Source: Anaerolineae bacterium
GTDB lineage: Bacteria > Chloroflexota > Anaerolineae > B4-G1 > DUEL01
NCBI GenBank assembly: GCA_034434635.1
Contig: DAOTYX010000202.1
Coordinates: 11,829 to 75,828 of the forward strand
Length of the DNA: 64,000 nt
Direction: 5' to 3'
The notes under the pieces were generated by a model. It did not search any database. It was not told the DNA's origin and saw nothing but the letters and a program-made list of their open reading frames with translations. The translations under genes were made by a program, and so were the position numbers. Below, in pieces: positions 19,706 to 28,813 of the stretch (position 1 is its first letter; each line of letters opens with the position of its first letter).

Positions 19706-20730
19706 CTCCCGGTCTCCGTGTCTCCGTGTCTCTGTGTCTCTGTATCTCCGCGTCTCCGCATCTGCTGCACCTTTCCCTGGAGTTCCTTGAACTGTTCTGT
19801 CTCCGTGATCGCTGCCACCTGGCGCGCCCGCTTCACCTCGTCAATCTCGATCCGCAACTGGCGAATCTGGGAGTGGAGTTCAGACTCCCGTGTCTGTACC
19901 TGCTGCGCCATACGGTCGAAGACGCGAGCCAGCCGTCCCAGGTCGTCGCGACGGGAGGCTTCCGCGGACAGTTGCTCGGAGCGGTACCCGCCCTGTTCCA
20001 GCGCCACAGCGGCCTGAATGAGACGGCCGGTGGGCTGGCTGATCCCCCAGGCCAGCCGCAACGCCACGCCGAGCGCCAGCAGCCCAACCAGTATCACGGC
20101 AGCGATCAGGTAGCCGCGCGTCTGGCGGGTGATGGCGGCGATCTGGGCTGCTGTCTCACGGACCGGACGGTGGAACTCGTCAATGTAGGTCGTGGCGGCC
20201 ACGCGCAGGGGGGTACCGGTCACGGGTACGCAGCACATGTACTTGTCGCGGATGACGCCGTCGCCGTTCTGCCAGGCGTAATAGCCGCAGGAGACCGTCC
20301 CGTCCAGGCTGGCCTCCATAATGGCCCAGAAGGCCGGAAGCGAATCCGCCAGGCTGTGCATGTCGCTGCCAACGATGGCCGGATTGACGTGGAAGTGGGT
20401 GATGGCGTCGCTGTCGAACACCGCCGTGTAGCCGGTCTCCCCCACCGGCTGAACGGCGATGGCTGCCAGGTCCGCATCGCCCTCCAACTGCGCTGCCGGC
20501 CATTCCAGGCGGTCGGGGTGGGCGGCCAGATACAGCCCCACCTGGGCCGCGACGTCCTCCGCCCGCTGGCGAATGGCCATCTCGCCCAGACGGTTGAGCG
20601 CCGCTGTGCTCTGCTCCAGAGCCAGATCGCCGACCCGTTCCGTGGCCTCCAGGCTGGCGACGCTGAGGGCAACCAGCGGGAGGATGGAGACGGTCAGGAA
20701 GGAGAGCACAAGCCGGGTGGTGATCTTCAT
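19702..20730 (-). CDS. membrane sensor-like protein: TM, Cache-like periplasmic domain, TM, HAMP and a coiled coil, with no output domain
   Basis: Start MKITTRLVLSFLTVSILPLVALSV (TM1) with a GGAGGAATAAG RBS; periplasmic region with a CGYYAWQNGDGVIRDKYMCCVP Cache-like segment; TM2 GYLIAAVILVGLLALGVAL; HAMP (LRLAWGISQPTGRLIQAAVALEQG); C-terminal heptad coiled coil. Start and stop are adjacent to both OB-fold genes. Confidence 0.7.
   Translation of the reverse strand: MKITTRLVLSFLTVSILPLVALSVASLEATERVGDLALEQSTAALNRLGEMAIRQRAEDVAAQVGLYLAAHPDRLEWPAAQLEGDADLAAIAVQPVGETGYTAVFDSDAITHFHVNPAIVGSDMHSLADSLPAFWAIMEASLDGTVSCGYYAWQNGDGVIRDKYMCCVPVTGTPLRVAATTYIDEFHRPVRETAAQIAAITRQTRGYLIAAVILVGLLALGVALRLAWGISQPTGRLIQAAVALEQGGYRSEQLSAEASRRDDLGRLARVFDRMAQQVQTRESELHSQIRQLRIEIDEVKRARQVAAITETEQFKELQGKVQQMRRRGDTETQRHGDTETGR
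19706..19770. repeat. GTCTCCGT octamer tandem repeat
   Basis: tctccgtgtctccgtgtctctgtgtctctgtatctccgcgtctccgcatct; on the minus strand it encodes the C-terminal RRRGDTETQRHGDTETGR of the HAMP protein. Confidence 0.85.
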
Positions 20731-20731
20731 C

Positions 20732-22117
20732 TTATTCCTCCAGCAAGACGACATCCGTTGGCAGAGGGGGGACCAGTTCCAGGGCGCCGCGGTATTCCTG
20801 AACCTTGCCAGTGACCTGCACCCTCGCGCCGGGCTGCAGCCTCTCTCGAGCCGACAGGCGCTGGTAGATGTCGTCCCACACCACCACCTGTATCTCACTT
20901 GTGCCGTCGTTTATCCACAACCACTGCCCTCGGGAGAAGGGCTCAGCGCGGGTGATGTTGCCGACCACCGTCACCGTTGCGCCCACGTCAGCAGCGCCGA
21001 GTGTGGCGATCTGCCGTGCGGGCGGCAGAGTCTCCCCGGCGGCCAGCACCGTCACGTCTATTGGGCGCTGCGGGAGTACCTCCAGCGCGCCGCGGTAGAT
21101 AGAGACCTCGCCCATCACCCGCGCCTGCGCTCCGGCGGTCAGCGGCGTGGTAATGGGCAGGCCGCTGTAGATGTCCTGCCAGAGGAGCACGGTTATTCTG
21201 CCTGTGCCGTCATCCAACCCGAACTTGACGCCAGCCGAGAAGGGGTCCACCTCGGTGACTCTGCCCTCGACGATCACCATGCGCCCGGCGTCGGCTGTGC
21301 TGAGGTTGCCGATGCTCACCCCCTCGGCCACGGGCACTTCTTCCGCCAGAAGCCGCACATCCACCACCGAGGCGGGCACCAGTTGCGGGGTATCGCGGTA
21401 GAGCGAGACGGCGGCGGTCACCTCCACTGACTGGCCCATCTCCAGGGGGAGGAGCGCGCCGGTCAGCGCCTGCAGGCTTTCATCCACGGCCACGTCTATC
21501 GTGCCGCTGGCGTCGCGCAGAGTGATGAGGGTGAGCCCCTCGTACGGGGTGCTGACCGCCCACACCTGTCCACGCACCTGCACGCGGCGGAACTGGTCAT
21601 CGGCGGTGATGGAGCCGATCTCCCGCGGCTCCGCATCGGGCCTCACGATCCGCAGGTGCTCAGGCACGTTGAGGGTCATGGCCACGTTGTCCTCGCGCAC
21701 GCGCAGCGTGCCGGCGACGGAGACGCGGTCGCCCAGTGCGGGGAGATTGCTGGCGGCGCGCAGCGCTTCGCTCTGCTGTCGGTAGACGTTGACGCGCATC
21801 TCGGCGCCGCTGCCGTCCCCGACGGTGAAGGCCAGGTAGCCGGACTCCTCGTCGAAGGTGGGGCTGCGCACCACCCAACCCTCCACGCGGACGTAGGCCA
21901 TGTTCATCGTCGCGCCGGCCTGGTCAACGGAGATGACGGGGGCCTCGGCGCGGACGGCGGCGAACCACAGCGCCGCCAGGCCGACCGTCGCCAGCACGAG
22001 CGCGGCGATCTTCACCACGCGGATGGGCAGCCGTCCGCTCAGGCGTGCGCCGCAGTAGGGACAGGCTTCGTAAGGGCCAACATACCGTCCGCAACTGGGA
22101 CAATGGCTCATGTTCAC
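20732..22117 (-). CDS. zinc-ribbon / TM / 4x OB-fold (BOF-like) repeat protein
   Basis: N-terminal CPSCGRYVGPYEACPYCG zinc ribbon, one TM helix, then four OB-fold repeats (e.g. VKFGLDDGTGRITVLLWQDIYS...VSIYRGALEVLP; LWINDGTSEIQVVVWDDIYQ...VQEYRGALELVP) paralogous to those in the lipoprotein at 18857-19705. Confidence 0.7.
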   Translation of the reverse strand: MNMSHCPSCGRYVGPYEACPYCGARLSGRLPIRVVKIAALVLATVGLAALWFAAVRAEAPVISVDQAGATMNMAYVRVEGWVVRSPTFDEESGYLAFTVGDGSGAEMRVNVYRQQSEALRAASNLPALGDRVSVAGTLRVREDNVAMTLNVPEHLRIVRPDAEPREIGSITADDQFRRVQVRGQVWAVSTPYEGLTLITLRDASGTIDVAVDESLQALTGALLPLEMGQSVEVTAAVSLYRDTPQLVPASVVDVRLLAEEVPVAEGVSIGNLSTADAGRMVIVEGRVTEVDPFSAGVKFGLDDGTGRITVLLWQDIYSGLPITTPLTAGAQARVMGEVSIYRGALEVLPQRPIDVTVLAAGETLPPARQIATLGAADVGATVTVVGNITRAEPFSRGQWLWINDGTSEIQVVVWDDIYQRLSARERLQPGARVQVTGKVQEYRGALELVPPLPTDVVLLEE

Positions 22118-22184
22118 CTCCCGGGGCGGATGCCCCCAAATATACTCGGAGTGGCGGGTTTGTCCAGTGGAGGTTGGAGCCTTC

Positions 22185-22212
22185 TTGACATCTTGCCGCA
22201 GCAGAGTACACT
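22185..22212 (+). promoter_or_regulatory. candidate promoter of radC (TTGACA-N16-TACACT), probably giving a leaderless transcript
   Basis: The -10 ends 9 nt before the radC ATG at 22222, and there is no room for an RBS. Confidence 0.45.
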
Positions 22213-22221
22213 ACAGTTACC

Positions 22222-22944
22222 ATGAACGCCAACAACGCAGCCACATCGTACGTTCCCACGATCAGAGAACTGCCGGCTCAGGAGCGGCCGCGCGAGCGAT
22301 TGGCGCGGCTGGGCGCGGGGGCGCTTTCGACCGCCGAGCTGCTGGCTATCGTGCTTCACACCGGCAGCGGCGGGGAAAACGTCCTCGCCCTGGCGAGTCG
22401 GTTGCTGGCCCGTCACGGCGGGCTGGCTGGCCTGGCGCGCGCCAGCCTGGCTCAGCTGGTGGCGGAAAGGGGGGTCGGTGTCGCCAAGGCGGCGCAACTG
22501 CAGGCGGCGCTCGAACTGGGACGTCGCCTCACCCTTGCCGCGCCGGAGGAGCGCCCCCAGATCCGCTCCCCTGGCGACGCCGCCGCGCTGCTGATGGCCG
22601 AACTGAGCCACCGCGAGCAGGAGCACCTCTGGGTGCTCTTCCTGGACACGCGCAACCGCGTCCTGGGGGGCGAGTCGGTTTACAAAGGCAGCCTGAACCA
22701 GTCGCATGTGCGCGTCGGCGACGTCTTCCGCGAGGCGGTGCGCCGCAACTGCGCGGCGATCATCGTCGCCCACAACCATCCCTCCGGCGACCCCAGCCCT
22801 TCGCCGGAGGATGTCAGCGTCACCCGTGAACTGGTCTCTGCGGGGCGACTGTTGGGCATCGAACTCCTGGATCACCTGGTTATTGGCCATCAGCGCTGGG
22901 TGAGCCTGCGCGAGCGTGGACTGGGCTTCGAGACGGGAGGCTGA
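22222..22944 (+). CDS. radC: RadC-family JAB/MPN-domain protein (UPF0758)
   Basis: HhH N-terminus ([24 protein letters not shown]) and the JAMM motif [21 protein letters not shown]; 240 aa. Confidence 0.85.
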   Translation: MNANNAATSYVPTIRELPAQERPRERLARLGAGALSTAELLAIVLHTGSGGENVLALASRLLARHGGLAGLARASLAQLVAERGVGVAKAAQLQAALELGRRLTLAAPEERPQIRSPGDAAALLMAELSHREQEHLWVLFLDTRNRVLGGESVYKGSLNQSHVRVGDVFREAVRRNCAAIIVAHNHPSGDPSPSPEDVSVTRELVSAGRLLGIELLDHLVIGHQRWVSLRERGLGFETGG

Positions 22945-22945
22945 G

Positions 22946-23713
22946 ATGAGCAATGGGTCTGACGAAGCACCACCGCAGGGAGCGCCTCGGGAGCAGTATG
23001 AGCGCACCTATCTGCTCCTCCCGCCGCACGCCGATGCGTCGTGGGCGCGTGCGGTGGTGCGGGCCACCTGGGGCAGCCATCGCTTCACCATCGGCGGCAG
23101 CGCCGATGACGCTGGTATCGGCGCGCTGGCTTACCGGCGCGTGATCGCCATCAACCCCGCCGATTGGGGAGATGACCTGGCCACCTTCTTCGCCCGTTAC
23201 TACCCAGGTGTCACCTATATCCCCATCGCTGCCCAGAACCCCTATCAGGTGCAGGGTCGCCTCCTGGCCTTCTGCCTCCGCGAGAGCGGCATCGCCCTGG
23301 CCTACCCCACAACCCACCAACCTCGGCAGGTCACCGGCGAGTTCGGCATTGACCGGGGCTCCTATTTCCACAACGGGCTGGACCTGGCCTCTTCCTGGGA
23401 TCACACCCACGACGAGGCTCTGGCCGCTGCGGACGGGGAGGTGATGGTCGCCGGTCTCAATGCTGCTGAGTCCTGGTTCGGGTACCAGGTCCGCCTGCGC
23501 TGCGCCCTGCCCAACGGTCAGTACCTGTGGTTGCGGTATGCTCATCTCAAGCCGCAGGCGGAGGGGGGCATATACGTGGCGGTGGGGCAGCGCGTGACGC
23601 GCGGGGAGAGGTTGGGCCGGCCGGACAGTACAGGGCAGAGCACTGGCGATCACCTCCACTTCGACGTCAAGGTGGGGGAGGGGTACGCGGACCCGCAGAT
23701 GCTGATCGCCTAG
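22946..23713 (+). CDS. M23 (LytM-type) peptidase carrying an N-terminal ~110-aa module shared with the next gene
   Basis: ATG 2 nt after the radC stop. N-terminal module PREQYERTYLLLPP...WGSHRFTIGGSADDAGIGAL...AINPADWGDDLATFFARYYPG; C-terminal M23 signatures HNGLD and GQSTGDHLHFDV. Confidence 0.8.
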   Translation: MSNGSDEAPPQGAPREQYERTYLLLPPHADASWARAVVRATWGSHRFTIGGSADDAGIGALAYRRVIAINPADWGDDLATFFARYYPGVTYIPIAAQNPYQVQGRLLAFCLRESGIALAYPTTHQPRQVTGEFGIDRGSYFHNGLDLASSWDHTHDEALAAADGEVMVAGLNAAESWFGYQVRLRCALPNGQYLWLRYAHLKPQAEGGIYVAVGQRVTRGERLGRPDSTGQSTGDHLHFDVKVGEGYADPQMLIA

Positions 23714-23715
23714 CG

Positions 23716-23748
23716 TGTCGCTGACAGACGACGGACCACAGACGACGG
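23716..23748. repeat. GACGACGG / GACCACA short repeat
   Basis: gctgacagacgacggaccacagacgacgg directly after the M23 gene stop. Same unit family as the 8299-8428 palindrome. Confidence 0.7.
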
Positions 23749-23761
23749 AAAGGAGCATCCG

Positions 23762-25099
23762 ATGGCTGACAACCTGTTGCACAATGGAGACTTTGAGGCG
23801 GATTGGTCAGAAGAGCAGTCCCACCGTTGCATGATCTTCCCCACCCAGGGGCAGCCTTATCCGGCTGAGCGGGGCAACATCTTCACTCCGCCGCACTGGA
23901 CGGTGTGGTTCCTTCACGGCTTGCCCGTACAGCACGACCCCAGCAACACCGTGGGGTGGGCTCAGCCGGAGGTTCGTGACGCCTGGGCCAGCGGCGACCC
24001 GCGGCGGGTGCGGGCCGGCCAGAAGGCGGTGCTCTTCTTCACCTTCTTCCGCATCCACGATGGGGGGTTCTTCCAGCAGGTCGCAACCCAGCCGGGCACC
24101 CGCCTGCGCCTCAGCGCCTGGGCGCATGCCTGGAGCAACCATAAGGACCCCAACCATCCTGATCTCTATCCTCATCCTGATGACCCGCGCTGGAGCGAGG
24201 GACAGGGTGTGGGCTACAACAACTTCTACGCCACCGAGGGCCAGGTCAGCGACGCGGGGGCAAAGAACTTCACTTTCTGGGTGGGCATTGACCCCACCGG
24301 CGGCACGAACCCCTACGCCTCGAGCGTGGTTTGGGGACAGGGAGCGCACATCTACAACGCCTATCGGCAGGTGCCGGCGGTGGAGGCGGTGGCGCAGGGC
24401 AACACCGTGACGGTCTTCCTGCGCTCGCGGGCGCTGTGGCCCTTCAAGCATTGCGATGCCTACTGGGACGAGGCCATGCTGGAGGTCGTCGCTCCCCCAG
24501 CCCAGACGGAAATCGTTTTTGAGCCTGCCGCGCCGCAGGCGGAGGAGACCGTGCAGGCGACGGTCGTCTCGAACCAGCCGTATCAGAACACCGGCCTGCG
24601 GGTGAACGATCCCACCGGGGCGACGGTGCCGGTGACCGCTGTGCCTGTCACCCCGCCGGCGGGGCAGTACGCCTGGCGGTGGAGTTTCACCCCTGTTGTG
24701 GCCGGGACGCACGCGGTGGTCTTCACCGCCGCCGGTGGGGCGCAACAGCCGCTCAGCACCACCCTCGTTGTCCGGCCGCGGCCCGTCCAGCCGCCGACCG
24801 GTCTGCCGCGGGAGCAGTACTCTCGCACGTACGTCCTGCTGCCGCCTCAGGCGGGACCGGAATGGGTGGAAGCGATCCTCGACAGTGGGGCATGGGAGCG
24901 GAACCGCTGGACCATCGGCGGCAGCGCCGATGACGCCGGTATTGGCGCGCTGGCGGACAAGACGGTGCTGGCGGTGAACCCGCAGGCCTGGGGAGACGAT
25001 CTGGCGGCCTTCTTCCGGCGCTACTACCCGGGTACCCGCTACGTCCCCCTCAACGCTGCCACGCCCGCCGAGTTGCGACGCCTGCTGGAGAACCGCTGA
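23762..25099 (+). CDS. protein with an N-terminal CBM4/9-like (NGDFE) domain, a Pro-rich Ig-like middle and the same ~110-aa C-terminal module
   Basis: LLHNGDFEADWSEEQ start as in galactose-binding-like CBMs. C-terminal PREQYSRTYVLLPP...RNRWTIGGSADDAGIGAL...AVNPQAWGDDLAAFFRRYYPGTRYVP is about 60% identical to the N-terminal module of the M23 protein. Confidence 0.7.
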   Translation: MADNLLHNGDFEADWSEEQSHRCMIFPTQGQPYPAERGNIFTPPHWTVWFLHGLPVQHDPSNTVGWAQPEVRDAWASGDPRRVRAGQKAVLFFTFFRIHDGGFFQQVATQPGTRLRLSAWAHAWSNHKDPNHPDLYPHPDDPRWSEGQGVGYNNFYATEGQVSDAGAKNFTFWVGIDPTGGTNPYASSVVWGQGAHIYNAYRQVPAVEAVAQGNTVTVFLRSRALWPFKHCDAYWDEAMLEVVAPPAQTEIVFEPAAPQAEETVQATVVSNQPYQNTGLRVNDPTGATVPVTAVPVTPPAGQYAWRWSFTPVVAGTHAVVFTAAGGAQQPLSTTLVVRPRPVQPPTGLPREQYSRTYVLLPPQAGPEWVEAILDSGAWERNRWTIGGSADDAGIGALADKTVLAVNPQAWGDDLAAFFRRYYPGTRYVPLNAATPAELRRLLENR

Positions 25100-25108
25100 T
25101 CGGTGGCT

Positions 25109-25131
25109 GGGCGCGGTCAGAGGCCGCGCCC
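25109..25131. terminator. GC hairpin between convergent genes (possible bidirectional terminator)
   Basis: gggcgcgg-tcagagg-ccgcgccc, an 8-bp stem between the TGA at 25097-25099 and the minus-strand TAG at 25146-25148. No U-tract, as expected in a high-GC genome. Confidence 0.35.
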
Positions 25132-25145
25132 ACACCCTCTGCCGA

Positions 25146-26357
25146 CTACTCCTGCGCCAGCAACTCGATATCCGTCACCAGCGCGTCGAACGACCAGCCG
25201 GAGGCGTAGATCCAGACTGTCCGGATCTGCGCTGGCGGGCGTTCGAACTCCTCCACCAGGTTGCCGGATTCGAAAGTGTACCAGGTTTGCCCCGGTATCT
25301 GCTGGTCCCAATAGGGCAACAGGTCCCCTGCCGCCGCCGGCACGGCGTAGAAGCCGTGATACCAGGAGCGATCCGTGCCCTCCACGTCCTTGTAGTCAAT
25401 CCGCACCATGATCGGGCATTCGGAGCCCAGAGAGCCGCAACCGGGGAGGCTCTGATTCAGCACCTGGACGTTGAGGTTCAGCACCAGAGAGGTAAAGTCG
25501 CGGACATCGTAGTTGACTGCCTGGCGTATGCCCACCTCGGCGTGGCCTTCACCGGTGCGGCTGAAGCGAGCCGTCGAGCGGCCATTGTAGGTTGTCGCCA
25601 TGACGTTGCCGGCGGGCGCCTGCTGCACATCCTTGTGATAGACCTCCCACTCCGTCCCCAGCGGCGCGTCGAACCGCCCGTTGGTCAGCAGGTTCCGTTC
25701 GGCGGGGAGCGTTGGCAGTGTTGTGGCTCCCGTTCGCACGATTGTCCGCTGTGATGCGCCCAGCGAGACGGTCGGGCCGCCGTTGGTGCTGACGGTGGCT
25801 TCGCCATCGCGGACGGCCAGTTCAGAGGCCGTCGGGTCCACCCGCGCCTCGTAACTTCCCTCGCTCAGCGTGGCCGCCATGTGAGGGGTGCGGATCTCGA
25901 CCGTGGTGTGTCGTCCCTGTGCGGCAGAGACGGTGATGCGCGCCCGGCCTGCGGTCATCGCCAGCGTAACCTGATGGGGCAGCGTGCTGGCCCTGAAGCG
26001 AGGAGAACGCGCGCCAATGAGGGTCAGGGTGGTGTCGTTGTAAATCTGCACTGCGGCGACCACCGTCGGTTCGTTGCCGGGGGCGTACAGGGTCAACAGG
26101 CCCTGCGCGGTGGCATCGGTGGTGATGATGCTGCCTCCTGGCACATCGGAGGTGCTCACCAGGGCGATGACCGGGCCTTGTCCCCCGCGCTGCATCCGCG
26201 GTGTGCCCTGCTGCGGCTCCACGAGCGCCTGTTGTCCGACGCGGGCATTGTGGATGACGTAGCGCACGCCGAGGGGAAAGCCAATGGCCGACCCCAGGCA
26301 GATGATGAAGGAAATCAGCAGGATAGCCCAGGCCAGCCGTCCGCGGTTTTGGCTCAT
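25146..26357 (-). CDS. membrane-anchored protein with a C-terminal CBM-like (NGRFD) beta-sandwich domain
   Basis: Start MSQNRGRLAWAILLISFIICLGSAIGF (TM); ATGA overlap with the acylphosphatase stop; C-terminal LLTNGRFDAPLGTEWEVY... The track ORF's 135-aa Arg/Pro-rich N-terminal extension was rejected. Confidence 0.6.
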   Translation of the reverse strand: MSQNRGRLAWAILLISFIICLGSAIGFPLGVRYVIHNARVGQQALVEPQQGTPRMQRGGQGPVIALVSTSDVPGGSIITTDATAQGLLTLYAPGNEPTVVAAVQIYNDTTLTLIGARSPRFRASTLPHQVTLAMTAGRARITVSAAQGRHTTVEIRTPHMAATLSEGSYEARVDPTASELAVRDGEATVSTNGGPTVSLGASQRTIVRTGATTLPTLPAERNLLTNGRFDAPLGTEWEVYHKDVQQAPAGNVMATTYNGRSTARFSRTGEGHAEVGIRQAVNYDVRDFTSLVLNLNVQVLNQSLPGCGSLGSECPIMVRIDYKDVEGTDRSWYHGFYAVPAAAGDLLPYWDQQIPGQTWYTFESGNLVEEFERPPAQIRTVWIYASGWSFDALVTDIELLAQE

Positions 26358-26668
26358 AAGAAGCGCACCCCGAAGCGGGTGAAGTCTCCACGGGCCGGTT
26401 CCCAGTTCGCCTCCACACGCCCGACGCGCGCGGCAGGCGGTCCCTGGTGCAGAAAGGCCAGCAGCTCCTCCAACGCCGGGCGGGGCCCCTCGGCGACGAC
26501 CTCGACGGTGCGGCCGTCCCGGCAGTTGGCCACCCAGCCGGTCAGGCCGAGGGCGCGCGCGGCCTCGACGGTGGCAGAGCGGAAGTTGACCCCCTGCACC
26601 CGTCCCATGACGAAGGCGTGGAGCCGTACATCGGCTCTGTTCTCTTCTTCCATCCTCATATCCTCCAC
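26354..26668 (-). CDS. acyP: acylphosphatase
   Basis: VxGxVQGVxFR signature (FVMGRVQGVNFRSAT) and GWVANCRDGRTVEVVAEG; about 100 aa. Three in-frame Met codons at the N-terminus (MEDMRM), so the start is ambiguous within 15 nt. Confidence 0.75.
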   Translation of the reverse strand: MEDMRMEEENRADVRLHAFVMGRVQGVNFRSATVEAARALGLTGWVANCRDGRTVEVVAEGPRPALEELLAFLHQGPPAARVGRVEANWEPARGDFTRFGVRFL

Positions 26669-27594
26669 AGAACTGGCCGGCGTTGGTCGAAACGGTGCAG
26701 GCCCGCCTGTCGGGCGGCCTGCAATGCCTCGGCGTATTCCTGGGCGGTGATCGGACGATCAAGCGGCGGGAACTGGTGCGCCCGGTAGCAGGGCCGGTAC
26801 TGATCCATCAGGTTGATGTAGGTCTCCGTGGAGACCTCCTGGGCCAGGAAGCGGGCGATTTCGGCGGTGCCGGCCAACCCACCGGGCAGGACCAGGTGGC
26901 GCACCAGCAACCCTCGCTGAGCGATGCCGCGCTGGTCCAGCACCAGGTCACCCACCTGACGGTGCATTTCCTTGACTGCCGCACGGTTGACCTCCGGGTA
27001 GTCCTCGACCTGGGAGAGGCGATGGGCCACCTGCGCATCGGCGTATTTCATGTCCGGCATATAGATGTCCACCACGCCGTCCAGCAGGCGCAGCGTCTCC
27101 AGCGCGTCATAGCCGCCGGTGTTGTAGACGAGGGGGATGCGGAGGCCCGCTTCCACGGCGTGGAGAAGAGCGGTCAGAATGGCGGGGACGACGTGGCTGG
27201 GGGAGACCAGGTTGATGTTATGGCAACCCTGCGCCTGGAGCGCGAGCATCATCGCGGCGATCTCCTCCGGCTCGACGGCCTGGCCGTGGCCGTGCTGGCT
27301 GATGTCGGCGTTCTGGCAGTACTGGCAGCGGAGGTTGCACCAGGAGAAGAAGATCGTGCCGGAGCCGTGGGTGCCGCGCAGGGGGTCTTCCTCGCCCATA
27401 TGGGGGTGGAAACTGGCGACGACGGCCTGGACGCCGGTGCGGCATGCCCCAGTCTTCGCGTAGCGATCAACACCACAGGCGCGCGGGCAGAGATCGCACG
27501 CGCGCAGTCGCTCGGCAGCGGCCTGCGCCCTCCGACGCAGTTCCCCGGAGGAGAGAAGGGCCAGGTAGGCGGGGACAGGTTCACTCCTGCTCAC
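26656..27594 (-). CDS. radical SAM protein, PflX / pyruvate-formate-lyase-activating-enzyme-like (COG1313-type)
   Basis: CNLRCQYCQN CxxxCxYC motif preceded by GTIFFSWCN; 312 aa; overlaps both neighbouring genes. Confidence 0.8.
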   Translation of the reverse strand: MSRSEPVPAYLALLSSGELRRRAQAAAERLRACDLCPRACGVDRYAKTGACRTGVQAVVASFHPHMGEEDPLRGTHGSGTIFFSWCNLRCQYCQNADISQHGHGQAVEPEEIAAMMLALQAQGCHNINLVSPSHVVPAILTALLHAVEAGLRIPLVYNTGGYDALETLRLLDGVVDIYMPDMKYADAQVAHRLSQVEDYPEVNRAAVKEMHRQVGDLVLDQRGIAQRGLLVRHLVLPGGLAGTAEIARFLAQEVSTETYINLMDQYRPCYRAHQFPPLDRPITAQEYAEALQAARQAGLHRFDQRRPVLWRI

Positions 27595-28813
27595 CTCGCC
27601 GCTCCCGCGGACGCAGCCGGCCGACCATGGGCAGGGCCAGCAGCAGGCTCAGCCCCCACAACAACAGGAAGGGAGTGTTATCGGAAGCCCAGGCCAGCCA
27701 GCCGCTCAGGCCCATCAGGCGGGCGCGCCAGGCCAGGTCGAGCCGTTCCGGTGTGGTGTTCAGCGCGCGGCTGATACCCCCCTCGCAGGAGGCTCCGTCG
27801 GCGTAGGCGTCCAGCAACGCGCGGATGCCCGCTGTCCCGTATCGGTCGCGGATGAACTGTACCAGGTTGGCTGCCTGCGCGTAGGAGAGGAAGGCACGCT
27901 CACGGTTGGCCGGAAAGGGGGCGCATAACTCGCTCAGCGGAATCAACTCCCCCTCGGCGCGGGCTTCGTTCAGGGCGATCTCCAGATCAGGATCGGCGCG
28001 CATCTCATAGGTTGTCGCCAACCCCTCGTCCAGCCAGTCGGGGACGTGGGTGTACCCTTCGGCCCCGGTCACCTGATAGACCATCAGGTGGGTCAGTTCA
28101 TGGGGCAGGTCCCGCTCCAGAGTGCTCAGGGCGCGGCTGTCATAGGGGACGGCCAGCAGGATGACGCCCAGTTCCGGGCGGGCCTGCCCGTTCACCCACT
28201 CGCGGCCGGCTATCTCCAGCGCCGCACGCAGGTCGGCGACCGAGGGATAGAGGTAGATGTCCACCCGCTCTGGCGCCGTCGTCTCCAGGTCGTTGACGAG
28301 CCGATCCAGGGTGGCGGTGGCCAGGTTGAGCGCTGCGTGGGCGATGACGGGGTCGTCCGCCACCATATGCACCCACAAGGGGCCTGACGGCGTGGAGACC
28401 CAATCGAACCGGTTGTCGCTGTACTGGAAGGAGGACGGTTGGGTGGTGAGGGAGTTGCCGGCGCTGTCACGGATCTCCCACCACCAGGTGATCTGGCCGA
28501 AGGGCGGAAGCGGAAACTGGCGCAGGTCGCGCTCCAGGCTGGCCTGTAGCGCCGGGGCAGGGGGAATCTCGAGGGGGTGAACCTCGACGTTACCCTGTCC
28601 CTGGGGTTGAAGGTACAGGTATACGGCGGTGATGCTGGCCGGGGCGCTGGCTTCGATGCTGAAGGTCGCCTGTTGCCCGAAGGTGTAGGTGTACGAAGTG
28701 GAACTGACGGTGATGGGCGGGCTTTCCTGAGCCGCGACAGCCGCGACCATCACGGCTGCGCCCAGAAACGCCCCGACCAGGACCAGGAGTCGTTGCAGGC
28801 TGTTTGGTTTCAC
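27581..28813 (-). CDS. membrane-anchored MA-clan zinc metallopeptidase (peptidase_MA_2-like)
   Basis: Signal/TM N-terminus MKPNSLQRLLVLVGAFLGAAVMVAAV; HExxH in LPHELTHLMVYQV with a downstream E (DWLDEGLATTYE); C-terminal TM LLLWGLSLLLALPMV. Confidence 0.65.
   Translation of the reverse strand: MKPNSLQRLLVLVGAFLGAAVMVAAVAAQESPPITVSSTSYTYTFGQQATFSIEASAPASITAVYLYLQPQGQGNVEVHPLEIPPAPALQASLERDLRQFPLPPFGQITWWWEIRDSAGNSLTTQPSSFQYSDNRFDWVSTPSGPLWVHMVADDPVIAHAALNLATATLDRLVNDLETTAPERVDIYLYPSVADLRAALEIAGREWVNGQARPELGVILLAVPYDSRALSTLERDLPHELTHLMVYQVTGAEGYTHVPDWLDEGLATTYEMRADPDLEIALNEARAEGELIPLSELCAPFPANRERAFLSYAQAANLVQFIRDRYGTAGIRALLDAYADGASCEGGISRALNTTPERLDLAWRARLMGLSGWLAWASDNTPFLLLWGLSLLLALPMVGRLRPRERRGEQE

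Noticed and set aside
22118-25145. Possible mobile element or toxin-antitoxin around radC
   Set aside because: RadC here has the full chromosomal-type N-terminal HhH domain plus JAB domain. There are no integrase, transposase or flanking direct repeats, and the neighbours are envelope proteins.
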